Below are positions 36,801-48,616 of a stretch of DNA of 64,000 nucleotides, piece after piece. Below the pieces are notes generated by a model that was not told the DNA's origin, ran no database searches, and worked only from the letters and a program-made list of their open reading frames with translations. How positions within the stretch are numbered: position 1 is the first letter of the stretch; each line of letters begins with the position of its first letter. A program made the position numbers and the translations under genes. Source of the stretch: Lingula anatina (Eukaryota; Animalia; Brachiopoda); assembly GCA_051362555.1 (NCBI GenBank), contig CM120642.1:16740001-16804000 (forward strand). The letters run 5' to 3'.

Positions 36801-39800
36801 CTGGGATTTCAAGGATGATATTTTCATCATTGGGGTCCAGTGTTAGCACCGATGGTTGAGGAATATGGTCCATGGACTGGAAAAGTCAAAAAGGAAAGAA
36901 AGAAATTAAGAACAAGACAGCACATGCTGTCAAATGGACAGACATAAGTGTGTCACAACTGTCTGAATAACAGCTAAAGTAGACAGGGATCAATAGCCAT
37001 ACCACGAAAGAATAAATCACAGCAAAATATCTTTAAGGTAGATCGGTCGTTACGTAATTTGACGATTTGCGCAATTTCAGCGCATCGTCAATCGTCTCTA
37101 ACGACACTTCAGTCTGTTTTATCAATTTCAGTATAAAGCAATTATCTATAAGATAAACACACATTATCAACTTGTATGTAACTCTGTATGATCGATACAG
37201 ATTTTCGACAACGTTTGTCGACTATGATTCCATACGACAACTGTAGCACGTTCATAGACTTGCCCTTCAAGAAATCTTCGGAATAGCTCCTTTTCCAATT
37301 TGAATTGGCACTAGAAAATGTATGACAGCTAAAGCTCACAAATTATGCACGTAGGTGCTATACCATGTAAAGAATAATTGTTGTAAATTCCGGGCTAAGC
37401 GGCTGCGTACATTTTGAGGTAGAACGCCTTGAATGTGCTGCATACCGTAGCTTAGATTTCGACGAAAACCGGAAGTGCGTCGTAACGCCACTCATTTGGA
37501 CTTAGAGAAATCTGGACTGAGAAATATTTCGTAGCTTATACAAATGTTCAGAAAATAGCCATACAGCTTGAAGAAAATTCACTAATCAAAATTGAAACTG
37601 CGTTATATTATACAGAAAAATTGTGCACTTCTGACCTTCACTTGTGTAAAGAAAGTGTACTGAACGCACCGCAAGCAAGCACGTGAATGCCGCATTTGAT
37701 ACTTTGTATCAGACGCTTCTTTTTACTTGACAACACAGTGTTTACGATGTCACGTTCATGTCCTATTCATTAATAAATAACAACGGCAATAAACTATTTT
37801 CATAGGTATGAGTATTTCCCTTATTATTCTCTTCAACTAGAGGATCAGAGAGGCGATACCGCCTCCGAATATTGTACCACCAGCTGGAGCAAGCGCATTT
37901 GTATAGACCCCCACATACACAAAATAAGGGACACAGCCACCAGTCTTTTGCTTGACAAGCTGTAAAAATGCAATCAACAAGAATTTTCAAAATATGCAAA
38001 AAATATATATATAACTTAAAATGGTACAATCAAAGTTAAGTTCATCAAAAGGTAGGTCAAAGGTCAATTTCACAGTAAGATTGCCAGTATATGACTTCCT
38101 ATTCAAGTTCAATAGTAACAATGGACCTATCTCTGCCAGGTTAGGAGTTAAAAGAGAAAGAAATTAGCAGAGTTCAGTTCATGGTGAAAAGTAGGTCAAA
38201 GGTCAATTTTAAGGTCACATTTAGATTGCTAGTATATGACTTCCTATTCAACTTCAATAGTAACTTTGGACCTATCTCTGCCAGTTTGGGAGATAAAAGG
38301 GAAGCAAAATTTGCAAAGTTCAGTTCATGGTGAAAAGTAGGTCAAAGGACAATTTCAAGGTCATGTTAAGATTGCCAGTATATGACTTCCTATCAACGTT
38401 CAATAGTAACTATGGACCTATCTCTGCCAGATTTGGAGATAAAAGGGCAGCAAAATTTGCAAAGTTCAGTTCATGGTGAAAAGTAGGTCAAAGGTCAATT
38501 TCAAGGTCACATTTGGATTGCCAGTATATGACTTCCTATTCAAGTTCAATAGTAACTATGGACCTATCTCTGCCAGTTTTGGAGATAAAAGGGAAACAAA
38601 ATTTGCAAAGGTTAGTTCATGGTGAAAAGTAGGTCAAAGGTCAATTTCAAGGTCACATTTAGATTGCCAGTATATGACTTCCCATTCAACTTCAATAGTA
38701 ACTATGGACCTATCTCTGCCAGTTTTGGAGATAAAAGGGACGCAAAATTTACAAAGTTCAGTTCATGGTGAAAAGTAGGTCAAAGGTCAATTTTAAGGTC
38801 ACATGTAGATTGCCAGTATATGACTTCCTATTCAAGTTCAATAGTAGCTATGGACCTATCTCTGCCAGTTTTGGAGATAAAAGGGAAACAAAATTTGCAA
38901 AGTTCAGTTCATGGTGAAAAGTAGGTCAAAGGTCAATTTTAAGGTCACATTTAGATTGCCAGTATATGACTTTCTATTCAAGTTCAATAGTAACTATGGA
39001 CCTATCTCTGCCAGTTTTGGAGATAAAAGGGACGCAAAATTTACAAAGTTCAGTTCATGGTGAAAAGTAGGTCAAAGGTCAATTTTAAGGTCACATTTAG
39101 ATTGCCAGTATATGACTTCCTTTTCAACTTCAATAGTAACTATGGACCTATCTCTGCCAGTTTAGGAGATATAAGGGACTAAATGGTATAATTTTGGAGT
39201 TACCATAGTGTGCCATAAATTTCCTACAGAAAAAAATTAATTAAGATAAAGAAAAGGTCATTTTGGTCAAAATTCTTGAAATGGGAGGTGCTTTGAAGTT
39301 CCAGATGTTCAAATTTGATGAAATAATGTCATTTTTGACCACAAGTTGTCTGCTTTGCCAAGCCCGCACATTTTGCTTTCACCACCAGTATATGACTTTT
39401 TGATAAAGCGTAACTCGAAAACCGTATGGAATACAAAAAAACGGAGACCACCTCCAGTGTTGGGCTTTACATGCTCTACAAAATGCAAAAAAGAATGGGT
39501 GTCTAGCATTAACGGTTCCCGAATTAGAGACAATTTTCAGTTTTGATATCTTATGGCCGCTACTCCCGTGAAAATGCACCGATTGACCCCAAATTCACGG
39601 AGATGAAAGATGACCCGAAGGGCAACACTTTCCATTAATATTATTAGTTAAGTCTGTGTGGTGTCTGAATAAGAGCGCAAAAAAATTTTTTTTTGGCAAA
39701 AATTTTGTTTTTTTGAAAATTTTGGCCCGTTTGACCTTGAAATAAAGGTCAAAGGTCAAATCCAAGGGCATATTTGAAATCTACACATATGACTTTTGGA

Positions 39801-42800
39801 AAGCTGTCTGTAGAAATTTTTCCCATAATTCCTTCCGTAGGGGAGATAATTAGCATTTAATTTTGCCATTTTTGGACAAGGGTGCATTGCAATGAGTGCC
39901 ACACCTAGACCCCAATACCGACAAAGCCCAAATTTTACGTGGAACGAGTTGAGATTATAGGTGACCTAAATCCAAGAGATGGGTATGGAGGCCCTTACCG
40001 TCTAGGAGGAGAAGCGGTAACGGTGACTTGGCGGCGGAGCCGGCGGAGCCGCAGGAGCCGGCAGAGCCGGCGGAACATACGGGTCGGGACTAAAACCATG
40101 AGTACCGCCAGCGCCTACGCTGGTGGTACAATAATTTTGTTGGAAAGTTAATGGCCTAGGCCTACACCTCATCTTTTATATAAAACATGCTTTTTGAGGC
40201 ATAATCATGTCACATACAATACACATACATGCATATTTTGTTTACTTGTTGCAAGAAAAACCAGTATAAATTGTGCTTACCTCAGCATCCCATATGACGT
40301 CTTTTTCCCAGTTGCCATAGATGAGTTCTTCATTTTCAATGGGAAAGATGGAGTACCAAATCTTGCTACCATTCTCACCATCAGCATCTTGAAAACAGCA
40401 TCAAAACACAATGAAAATGATCAAACACATGCAAAATACTTTTATACCGTTAGCTTACGACCAACCAGTCTACAAAACTGACCCTTGCATTCTTTCTGAA
40501 TATCGGCGACTAAAGTAATTAATTGAAATTCTAAAACACATCATTTTTTCTAAATTTTTCTTTTCTCAGGAATTTTCATTCGTAGCTTTTCAAAACATTT
40601 TGTTGAAAACATATCAGTTCATGCTGTCTTAATTAATTACAAAATTATTGTATCTCAAAATATGCATTGTAATATCTTGTTCCTTGAATTGTGAGGAGGG
40701 CAAAAACTCATAATAACCTTCCATGTCCATGAAGCTCTTGGAAACATTCAAAGAAGTCCCCAACTTGTAGCTCCCACCTGGTAGGTTTTGTGGTGTCTTA
40801 CCTGGAAGCATGAAGAATAAAATATATCAAGTGATCCTTGATTCATTTTTCCCATTTTATCACATTCTTTTAATTGTTTTACTTGATTTGTAGTTATTAT
40901 TTTGTAGTTATAATTTTTCATTTTACTTCTTGTGTAATTCAAAAATTATTCAACTATTTATTATTTTGTGCATTCATTCACTCACTCATTTACCTATATT
41001 CAAAATTTTACTATTATCTTATTTTTTATCAATTATATAATCTATTCATAAACTCTTTAAACATTCATTCATTTACCTACATTCAAAATTCTATGCCATA
41101 GTAATATCACCATCACTCAGAGACCATTCCCAGACCCTATCCTACTAAATGTGGATCGATCGATCTCCCAGGGGATTTTCCCTAAATTGCAATCAACTTA
41201 AGCAGCTTAGAGGTCTGTCATGCCTACTAAAGCTGTTAGGGGGTAATTAATTATCGTTTAGCAGTTTCAGTAGGCATGTCAGACACCTAAGCCACTTAAG
41301 CTGGGAGCAATTTAGTGAAAAACCCCTCGGAGATGGAATGATCCTGTTAAATCAATCTTTATATTGGAACCCAGTCTTACTCTGGGCCAAAAACTGTGCC
41401 ACAGTCCTGTGAGCCGAGCTGGGGATCCATCCAGCCAAGGCAGACTTGTGCTTGTTGGACTGGACCACTTTCTGCCTGGCCTCTTCTCCATTCCAGATGA
41501 TATCCTCCTCCCAGGGGAGCTGGGTTACCATGTGGAACGCCTCGTCGGGATAAGCTGGACCACTGATCTCTTCTTTGGCTTCGCTGTCTTCAGTTTTCTA
41601 ATAATTATGATAATAGTAATAATATATTATTATTCGAGTTGCAGAAAAGAAGATATGTGTAGATGGTTGATGCATCTAATCTTGGTTCTTCATCTTCAGT
41701 TTTCTGAGAAACAAAAGGAGAAGATCACATTTTGCTATCTCCTATGGGGTTTGGGATATATGTAAACAACTCATCATGATGGCTCAGCATTCTTATTTTT
41801 CTACCAGTATTCAGTTAAATTAAAAACAAAGGACAGACTGAGCAAATTTTAAGTTACATCTTTCCTATCACAGTATCTACTGATGGATTTTTTTAATCAG
41901 TACTTAATTTTCCTGTTGTATTTTCCATAAAGTGTCCCAAGGGGAGAAAATACAAGTATCAAATAACAACAAAATTTCATATATACAACTAGACACTGCT
42001 GCAAGAAAGCAGACTTCCACAAAGAAAAATGGAATTACTTAAATTCATTTAAAAATGGCTGGTTCAGTTAAAATTGGAATAACTTCTTTGCCTCCTAAAC
42101 AACTGTCTATCCTAAAAATTTCACCTAACTTTTGAGAACTTTTTCAGACATCCTGACCACTAATAAACAGACAAACCAAGGCCATTGAAAACATAATTTT
42201 TTTAACTGATACAATTTACAAACATCTTTATTTGTTGTCATTACCTCTTTCAGTTTCATTCCATAGTCAAATCCCTCCCCAGTTTCATCCAATCCAATCA
42301 TGTCATACCAGTATGCTGCGGGACCGTAACGCCAGGCTGCCACACATGGTTTCTGATCTCCCTGGTGTCCACCATCTTGATCAACAGTTGACTTCTTTGG
42401 TTCTAAATGCTTCAGCATCATCAACTTAAAACACACACAAAAAAATTTCAGCCTCTTTCGATCAAATACACTTCACACATTCATCCTTCTATGAAGGTTT
42501 TTCATAATAAATCATCCTAACAAATATCTGCGAAAACGTTTTGTTTTTTCATCAATTTACTCAAAAATATTTTGATTTTTCATCAGTTTAGTCAATTTTT
42601 TTTTCAGAAAACTATTAAATTTCTGTAAGAGGTACAAGCATTGCAAGATCTCAGTGATCTTTGGACATTAAATCTTCATATGTATGTTAATATTTTTTTC
42701 ACCTATGAAGCATCAAAGGGTCTTTTTTTACCATTTTATAAAAGTATGAAGAGACAATTAAAATTCACATTTTAAATATTTTCCTTAAGTAATCCCCACC

Positions 42801-45402
42801 TCGTCATCGGGCAACAGTTCATCTCTCCTTGCTGGCCTCCCAAGCTTCAGCTTCCACTCTCTTTCATCTCCACTGGCTTCCTTCTCACCTTCATCTACAC
42901 AAAATAAGTATGTAAAGTCATACATCTTAAAATTTGGTGAAAAATAGCAGATTATGCACTAGAGGTATGATGCTTATCTAATCATCAGCTTATACATTTT
43001 AATATTATATCAATGAAAATTACCAATGAAAATACTCCCAGACAAATTCATGATCATGTGCTCACCTTGCCCTTTTTCTTCTTTTTTCTTTTTCCTCCTA
43101 TAAATATGTGGCATGTATGTAGGTTTGAACAATCTGGAGAACCTAAGGGTCTAAAAAAATAAAATTATGAATTTTTTATTGTCTCTTGCATAAAGATGAT
43201 AAAATAAGTCAATTGTGTCTGCAAGTCAGTCATGTAATCGAGGCACTTGGAAGATTGAAACATTGAAAGCATGAATAGAACTGCAGAAACCTATTGGCTG
43301 CTAATGAATGCTAATATTTCAAGTAAATATAGCTGAGGATTTACATCAAATTTAGAACTTTAATTGCACTTCTGCTATTATAATTACAAATATGCAGCTT
43401 TTTCTTACTGCAAAAGTATTTCATATTAAAGCAAAATGTAAGTTAATTTTAAACAAATACTATGTGATAAAATGGCAAACAGGGAGCATGCACTTTCTAA
43501 TTCTTTTGCAAAATAAAAAAAAAAAAAACTTTTAAGGCAAAAAGAGTAAACTACAACACCAACTGTGAACATTATCTAGTATTTTCATCATATATTACTT
43601 GACATGCACACATATCACATAAAAGGTTTAATGCCATCAAATTTCATTCATAGTACTCACCTGTCCATGTCGAAACTCGGGGAATAAATCTGTGACTTTC
43701 ACATGAGCTAGCTCAGGAGGTAACATGGATGCCAGTGGGGTGTTTAATTTCCTTTGATCTAAGGCATGCTGAAAAGACGCCATATCACCTTCACCACCAG
43801 TTGCTCCTCCATCAACCTGCTCCTCTTCTGATTGGCCAGATCGGCCCCTGGGAGAACTATGGGATCCCCCATTTGGAATCCAAGATGGTGGAAGCATGGC
43901 TGTATGGTCTCTCTGGCTATCCTCTTCCTCATCTGCATCATAATCATCACCCTCTGGGATGACAAGTTAAATTATAATAACATTACTAAGTAGTTAAAAA
44001 ATTAATAACTTTTTCATATAACATTCTTAAGGTCAATGACAAAATACTAAGATAAAACAAGATCATGGCCACACATATATTTATTTATATTATATATATA
44101 TATACGGACACAGGAAGGAATATTTACGGACACAGGAAGGAATACTTTTAAAATATTTTCTTTTAAAGCTTCCATAAAGATATCACTCCATCATTGTCAT
44201 CATTATTATAATGAAAAACAGAAAATGCTAATCTATCATTGCCTTTGTTTCTACTGAAGCCATCTTTGCATTGTTTTTTTTTTTTTTTTTGTCATTGAGA
44301 ACTCACCAGTGGTGGGACCACTGAGGTTTCCCATGGCAACCCGTATTCTCTCTTCCTCCTCCGCTACTTCATTGATATCAGAAAAATCTTCTGCAGTGTC
44401 TGATTTCTTATCAAAGTCTGGAAGCAGAACAAACCTTGGTTTTTTCATCATCAGCCCTTGTCCTTGTTATCATGACACCATGTCATGATTTAAAAATAGT
44501 ATTAATACTTTACTTTTATACTTGTTTCAAAAAGTCATAATCAGAATTAATGGAATGAATGATTAATGGAATTATCTTCATTTTGATATTTGTGGCATTG
44601 CTGTCTTTAGAAATTTTCAAAGACAAGGAAGAAAGATCAATAGAAACATTGTACAAAATCAAATGATATGATTTATTTGTTCACTTTAGCCTCACTTCAT
44701 TTTTTTTTTTAAATAAACTCTTTTCTACACTTGATAGAGAACAGCTTTAGAAAGCAAATACAAATTTAACAAACCATCATCATCATTGCTGGCTGCCAGG
44801 GTATCCCCTCCACCACCACCGTCGCCATCATCTGTGATCTCCCGGACCAGGGTCCCTATACTGGTCAGATGACTCAGCTGACCAAGATGTCTCTTAGACT
44901 CCTGTGGATAAATCATGATACATAATGAAAATGGACTAGGTTTTGTTGTTACAGAAATAAATAAATTGAAGTAAATATGCACTGTAAAAAGTGTAAAATA
45001 TTGAAAAATATCAATTATATGAATTTCCATTATTTTTTTTGTATTTTAGAATCTTGTTCACTTTTTTCTCTCTCTCTCTCTCTTTCAGTGTTTCTCTTTA
45101 TTTTCTCTTATTTCATTAATTTTAATTAATAAATTTATTTATTTTTTCTTTAATTCCATCTTTTCTAGATTATCTATCCAGAAGGCACATACCTCATCCA
45201 GTACATCGTCCTGTAATTCACCATATTTATTGATGTTTCCAAATAAGAACCCAGTCAAGGCAGCTGCCCCAGCATTCCCAGACTGATCAGCACTGTCATT
45301 CTCATCATGATCTCCGTGGTAATGGTCGTCATGGTCTCCATGATAATGGTCATCATGGTCGCCATGGTAATGATCATCGTGGTCGTCGTGGTCACTGTCC
45401 AT
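11748..45402 (-). CDS. TAF1: Transcription initiation factor TFIID subunit 1, complete, 40 coding exons
   Basis: Exons read by eye with GT-AG ends: 45402-45193, 44901-44775, 44417-44307, 43953-43661, 43150-43066, 42894-42800, 42424-42245, 41703-41381, 40801-40718, 40387-40281, 36876-36748, 36417-36346, 36092 (or 36110)-35994, 26609-26436, 25861-25688, 23882-23692, 22916-22802, 22616-22475, 22252-22122, 21711-21631, 21277-21131, 20731-20612, 20024-19849, 19674-19551, 19018-18854, 18551-18415, 18191-18017, 17536-17244, 16904-16796, 16252-16154, 15827-15735, 15527-15443, 15141-15074, 14858-14736, 14089-13844, 13447-13327, 13040-12877, 12678-12604, 12352-12289, 12124-11748. Hallmarks: [22 protein letters not shown], central DUF3591 domain ([25 protein letters not shown]), zinc knuckle [17 protein letters not shown], double bromodomain, acidic tail. 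Confidence 0.97.
20999..21103. repeat. 52-bp tandem duplication in a TAF1 intron
   Basis: ctggtcacatggaacattatttagagcaattcttg...ctacaaa occurs twice. Confidence 0.9.
23949..25458. mobile_element. Non-autonomous Helentron-type (HINE-like) element family B, rearranged or double copy
   Basis: Left end aaacaaggcagcaaagctgtcaaatgtacagaca. The right-end module (GAC/GCC microsatellite plus tatgtacagacac-atct-gtgtctgtacata hairpin) appears truncated at about 24490-24550 and complete at 25355-25458. Same family as 56615-62780. Confidence 0.8.
26010..26228. mobile_element. MITE family C (PIF/Harbinger-like), diverged copy
   Basis: Imperfect TIRs ttcccatagatt / aatctatggaaa. Reverse-complement similarity to 27495-27709. 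Confidence 0.7.
27495..27709. mobile_element. MITE family C with TAA target-site duplication
   Basis: taa|gactgggttcccacagat ... atctgtgggaatagtctc|taa. A 3-bp TWA duplication is typical of PIF/Harbinger. Confidence 0.82.
28387..32312 (+). CDS. Nested antisense gene: DZIP3-type HEPN - NB-ARC (STAND ATPase) - 13x TPR protein, two coding exons, 1-bp frameshift near the 3' end
   Basis: Exon 1 28387-28951 (aaaATGG start; ends gca g|gtataa) and exon 2 from 29405 (ttttccatttcag|aa) are both phase 1 and join in frame. HEPN-like segment [12 protein letters not shown]...W...P...[17 protein letters not shown]. Walker A GMGGIGKT (29530-29553), Walker [31 protein letters not shown]. 126-bp TPR units start at about 30715. 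Length is 1074 aa as assembled (stop 32064) or 1157 aa with one A restored at 32047-32052. Confidence 0.9.
30715..32312 (+). repeat. Coding tandem array of 13 x 126-bp (42-aa) TPR units, kinesin-light-chain/nephrocystin-3 type
   Basis: Consensus [38 protein letters not shown], highly similar at the DNA level. Confidence 0.95.
32313..32515 (+). pseudogene. Decayed additional TPR units after the stop codon
   Basis: gaaattagtgaggag...aaacatcataataaggctacctgatacaacaatata reads EISEE...KH...AT*YNNI. aaacacccc...tcataataataatgttggttgtgtactg reads KHP...NNVGCVL. Both carry stops or indels. Confidence 0.7.
37835..40134 (-). mobile_element. Non-autonomous Helentron-type (HINE/DINE-like) element family A, about 2.3 kb, in a TAF1 intron
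   Basis: Subterminal inverted repeats tattgtaccaccagc (37870-37884) and gctggtggtacaata (40119-40133). Hairpin gtaccgccagcg-ccta-cgctggtggtac (40102-40129), GC-rich microsatellite (40030-40075), palindrome gaggcg-atac-cgcctc (about 37850-37866), CTAGTT end on the minus strand, internal tandem array. Confidence 0.85.
38033..39180. repeat. 146-bp tandem array, about 8 units, inside the family A element
   Basis: The unit marker aaagttcagttcatggtgaaaagtaggtcaaaggtca recurs at about 38169, 38315, 38461, 38607, 38753, 38899 and 39045 (146-bp spacing), plus a degenerate first unit. Confidence 0.95.
41120..41376. mobile_element. MITE family C inserted into a TAF1 5' splice site
   Basis: Minus strand reads exon|g taa gactgggttcc ... 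gggaatggtctc tga gtgat; same termini as 27495-27709. Confidence 0.75.
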
Positions 45403-45576
45403 GTTGTCCAGTCCTTATTTGTGACTGGATCTAGAAATATATACAATATATGGAGAATGGTAATACATTTAGACAGATGATGTATATGGGAGATAAACAT
45501 GAATGCACAGAGCATATCCCAACATCACCAATGCACTAAAGCACTACAAAGAAAACTGACCGTTAAGAAGACCTGA

Positions 45577-47109
45577 TAGTCTGGATGACTGGTGCTATAT
45601 TTTGGCCAAATTGCTCAAAATGTGGAAAAAGCATGAAACATGGCACAAATGGTCTATGCTGATCACTTTCAAGGGCAGTGCCCATAATTTCAAAGCGTTG
45701 CTTAGCAACTGTTGCTATGGAAGTGAATTTCCTTAGTAACAAGCTAATTAGACCTTTCTTGTCCAGTTTAAATGGTTTAGAAATGCTAATAACTATGTTT
45801 CAGGGCATCAGAACTATCACTAGACTATTTTAAGGCAATTAAAACCCAAATTAACCTTAGCCACGATTGCTAGGCAGCATATTACCCTAGCAACAAGCAT
45901 TTAAAGTTGCGTTAGTCTATAAAGTAAGGCAGATCTATAATACTAGCTAAGAACTACACTTTAGATGTTCATACTTTTAATCCAGTAAGTTGAAACAATT
46001 GTGTGTTTACACACATCCGATCAAATACATTGCCAGTGCAGATACTTAAGGCAGCATGTTCAAAGTTAGTAACCAGCCATATCCATGCTTTTATCACCTG
46101 ACAACTCTTTATAAAACTTTGCAATAGTTAAGGCGTTAAATTCTCCCTTGTATGTGCAATATACAGTGCATTTTGCCCTTGCACATTGTCAGCCTCTACA
46201 TCTGCACCTATACATGCACACTGGAACAACTCTGGGCAGGTCAATAGCTTCTGGGAAATGTGTCCACAAGGGTCCACTGTTTCGCACAAGTCCAACCAGA
46301 GTGAGCACATGGTATCTGATGACATGGCACCGTAGTGCTGATTCAGATATGTTCATCTTGCAAGAATATTCTTATATTGTTGTAGAGCAGCCTTGGTGGA
46401 AGTAAGATATGGCATCTAACGGCCTTTGGGTGTGAACAGAAACTTTTGAACTTCTTTGATTAACAAAATTAATTAAAATAGAACCATGCAGGTGTATTAA
46501 AGTTACTTGGTAGAGAATAGAAACTGACAAAATACAATGTGAAAAATCTTTTTATTGAACAAAATGAAAAACATCTTGGAAATCTGGTCTCTGAGAAACC
46601 TTTCAATAATAAGAAAGTCAACAGTGGTTAAACCTTTAGTATTTCTATCTTACATAGTGCATGTGTAAACTCTCCTACCAGCCCCCCCCCCTCCCTCAAT
46701 ACTTAAAAATATGCTATGAACTGGAGGGTATGAACTGGAGGGTATCTGTATATATCATTAAATAAATATTATAAAATATATAATGTGAAATACTTGTTGC
46801 TAGGGTAATATGCTGCCTAGCAACTGTTGCAATGGTTTACTTGGGTTTTTAATCTCTTAAAATAGTATAGTGATAGTTCTGATGGTTTGAAACATTATTA
46901 AAAGCCTTTTTAAATCATTTAAACTGAACAAGAAAGGTCCAATTAGCTTGTTACTAGGGTAAATCACTTCCTTAGCAATGGTTGCTAAGCAACGCTTTGA
47001 AATTTGGGCACTGCCCTTGAAAATGATCAGCATAGTCCAAAGAACATTTGTGCTAAGTTTCATGCTTTTTCCACCTTTAGAGCAATTTTTGCACCAGTCA
47101 TCTAGACTA
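45577..47109. mobile_element. Non-autonomous DNA transposon with about 325-bp TIRs, Academ-like
   Basis: 45577-~45900 is the inverted complement of ~46788-47109 (tagtctggatgactggtgc ... gcaccagtcatctagacta). TAG...CTA termini and a flanking 3-bp repeat tga fit Academ. Confidence 0.75.
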
Positions 47110-48312
47110 TGAGAAACTGGTCCCAGTTTCACAAACAAACTTTAATGGGGTCTATCTAACACTTCAGGTACAGTTCTCTAATAGGGACTGCACCTTTGTC
47201 AGCCTCCTTCCCAGCTGGTGGTGATCACTTATCAACGTTTTCAAAAATGGCCACAGAGTTTCCTGACTTCCAGCAGACTCTTCATTTGAAATTACTGTCT
47301 CTTTCAGGGAGGCATAATTTCACTGCGATCTGATCACCTCTACCAGTTGTTCTTCCATAAGACAAAAAGACTGTAATCCACTATTCTGCCCAAAGCATTA
47401 CTGGGGAATGTACTATTCTTCCGTTGCCAAAGTCATCCACAAACTGACTTTTTTTCATATCTCTACTTCTTTCTTCATTGTTCCATGTTGTCAACAAAGT
47501 AACATGCATTTTCATTTGTTCCATCAGGTACGTACACAGCTTATTGTTTCTGGCATGGATCTGGATCACAACAGTTCAATGACATCTCCTGCTTCCTTAT
47601 ACTTTTGTGCGTTAGCACCCAGTACATATCAGAATCGTCAATAGGAGTGCTAAAGCATGAATTTTCGTGCTAGGTTGCACCAACAAGCTCAGTTCCAGTA
47701 TTTACCCACTACTCAGATTCTATCTCCAAGATACTGCTTGGTTTGTGGGAGATGCAGAAGAATGGTCAGGTAAACTGGAAGCAACAGACTGTGAGGGTAT
47801 GTAATTTTAATCAGTGTCCACAAAAACCATTGAAATTGTGCTGCTGCATCCTTTTTTACTTCTCAATGTCACAAAGTAATCTGGCCAGAATTCATGTTCT
47901 GCTTCTGGTTTGCCAGAGCTTATCCATATAATCACCATGCAGCTTTGAGGCTGACACACCACTCTGTGATACTCAACGATCTGCAGTCCGTCGGTGTTTA
48001 GAATGCCCGCATGTATCGTCAACACTGACAGCGGGCCGCTGACAGCACCTCTCGTCAATTTTTGACAATTAAACAAATTGCTTTTGCATGCATCCCACCC
48101 CCACTTCCAGCTGGTACCAGCCATTGAATTTCAATGTTTACTCAGTAATAACTTGTGAACCGCCTTTGATCAATGCTTCTACTTATTCAATTTTTATTTT
48201 GAAAAGATTTTATTTAAAAATAGTTAAGTCTTAAGAAATTCTCTCAGTTTTTACAGCAAACTGCAGGTTTTCAAGAGTCAAATACAAAAAGCATATATGT
48301 ATTTATTCTTAC

Positions 48313-48616
48313 CGTCATATACTTCATCGGTGCATGGCTTTTGGGATTGATGGAATTGATACTGGCCAGACTGACTGAAAGTATACAAAGGTATACTTGC
48401 GAGCACACTGAAATTTACAATAATTGTTTCAACCGGAAGTGTGTTATTTCACTCCGCAACAAATATCATTCCGCACAGAACTTGGATCCTCGATTTGTTT
48501 ATATTGTTTTAACTCTAATTGTTGATCAACTTCTCATTTAATAGACTTAGATAAAATAAAAAATTAATATAATTATCAAGTACTTTTATAAACTTCCCGC
48601 AAGGCAGAAAGCGGTT
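48313..48616. promoter_or_regulatory. Candidate bidirectional promoter and TAF1 non-coding first exon, shared with NUDT15-like copy A
   Basis: The TAF1 ATG exon has a splice acceptor at 45431-45432, so an upstream UTR exon is expected. There is a strong minus-strand donor CG|GTAAGA at 48313/48312, an ETS-type aaccggaagtg near 48431-48441 and local CpG enrichment; the NUDT15-like ATG is at 48617. Confidence 0.5.

Noticed and set aside
37030-37834. CpG-rich block starting ttaaggtagatcgg as a TTAA-type transposon or internal promoter
   Set aside because: Probably repeat-derived, but I could not find the matching terminal repeat or a target duplication, so no call is made.
38033-39180. Regular repeat array as a CRISPR array
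   Set aside because: Units are 146 bp and contiguous with no unique spacers, there are no cas genes, and the context is a eukaryotic intron. It is a transposon-internal satellite.
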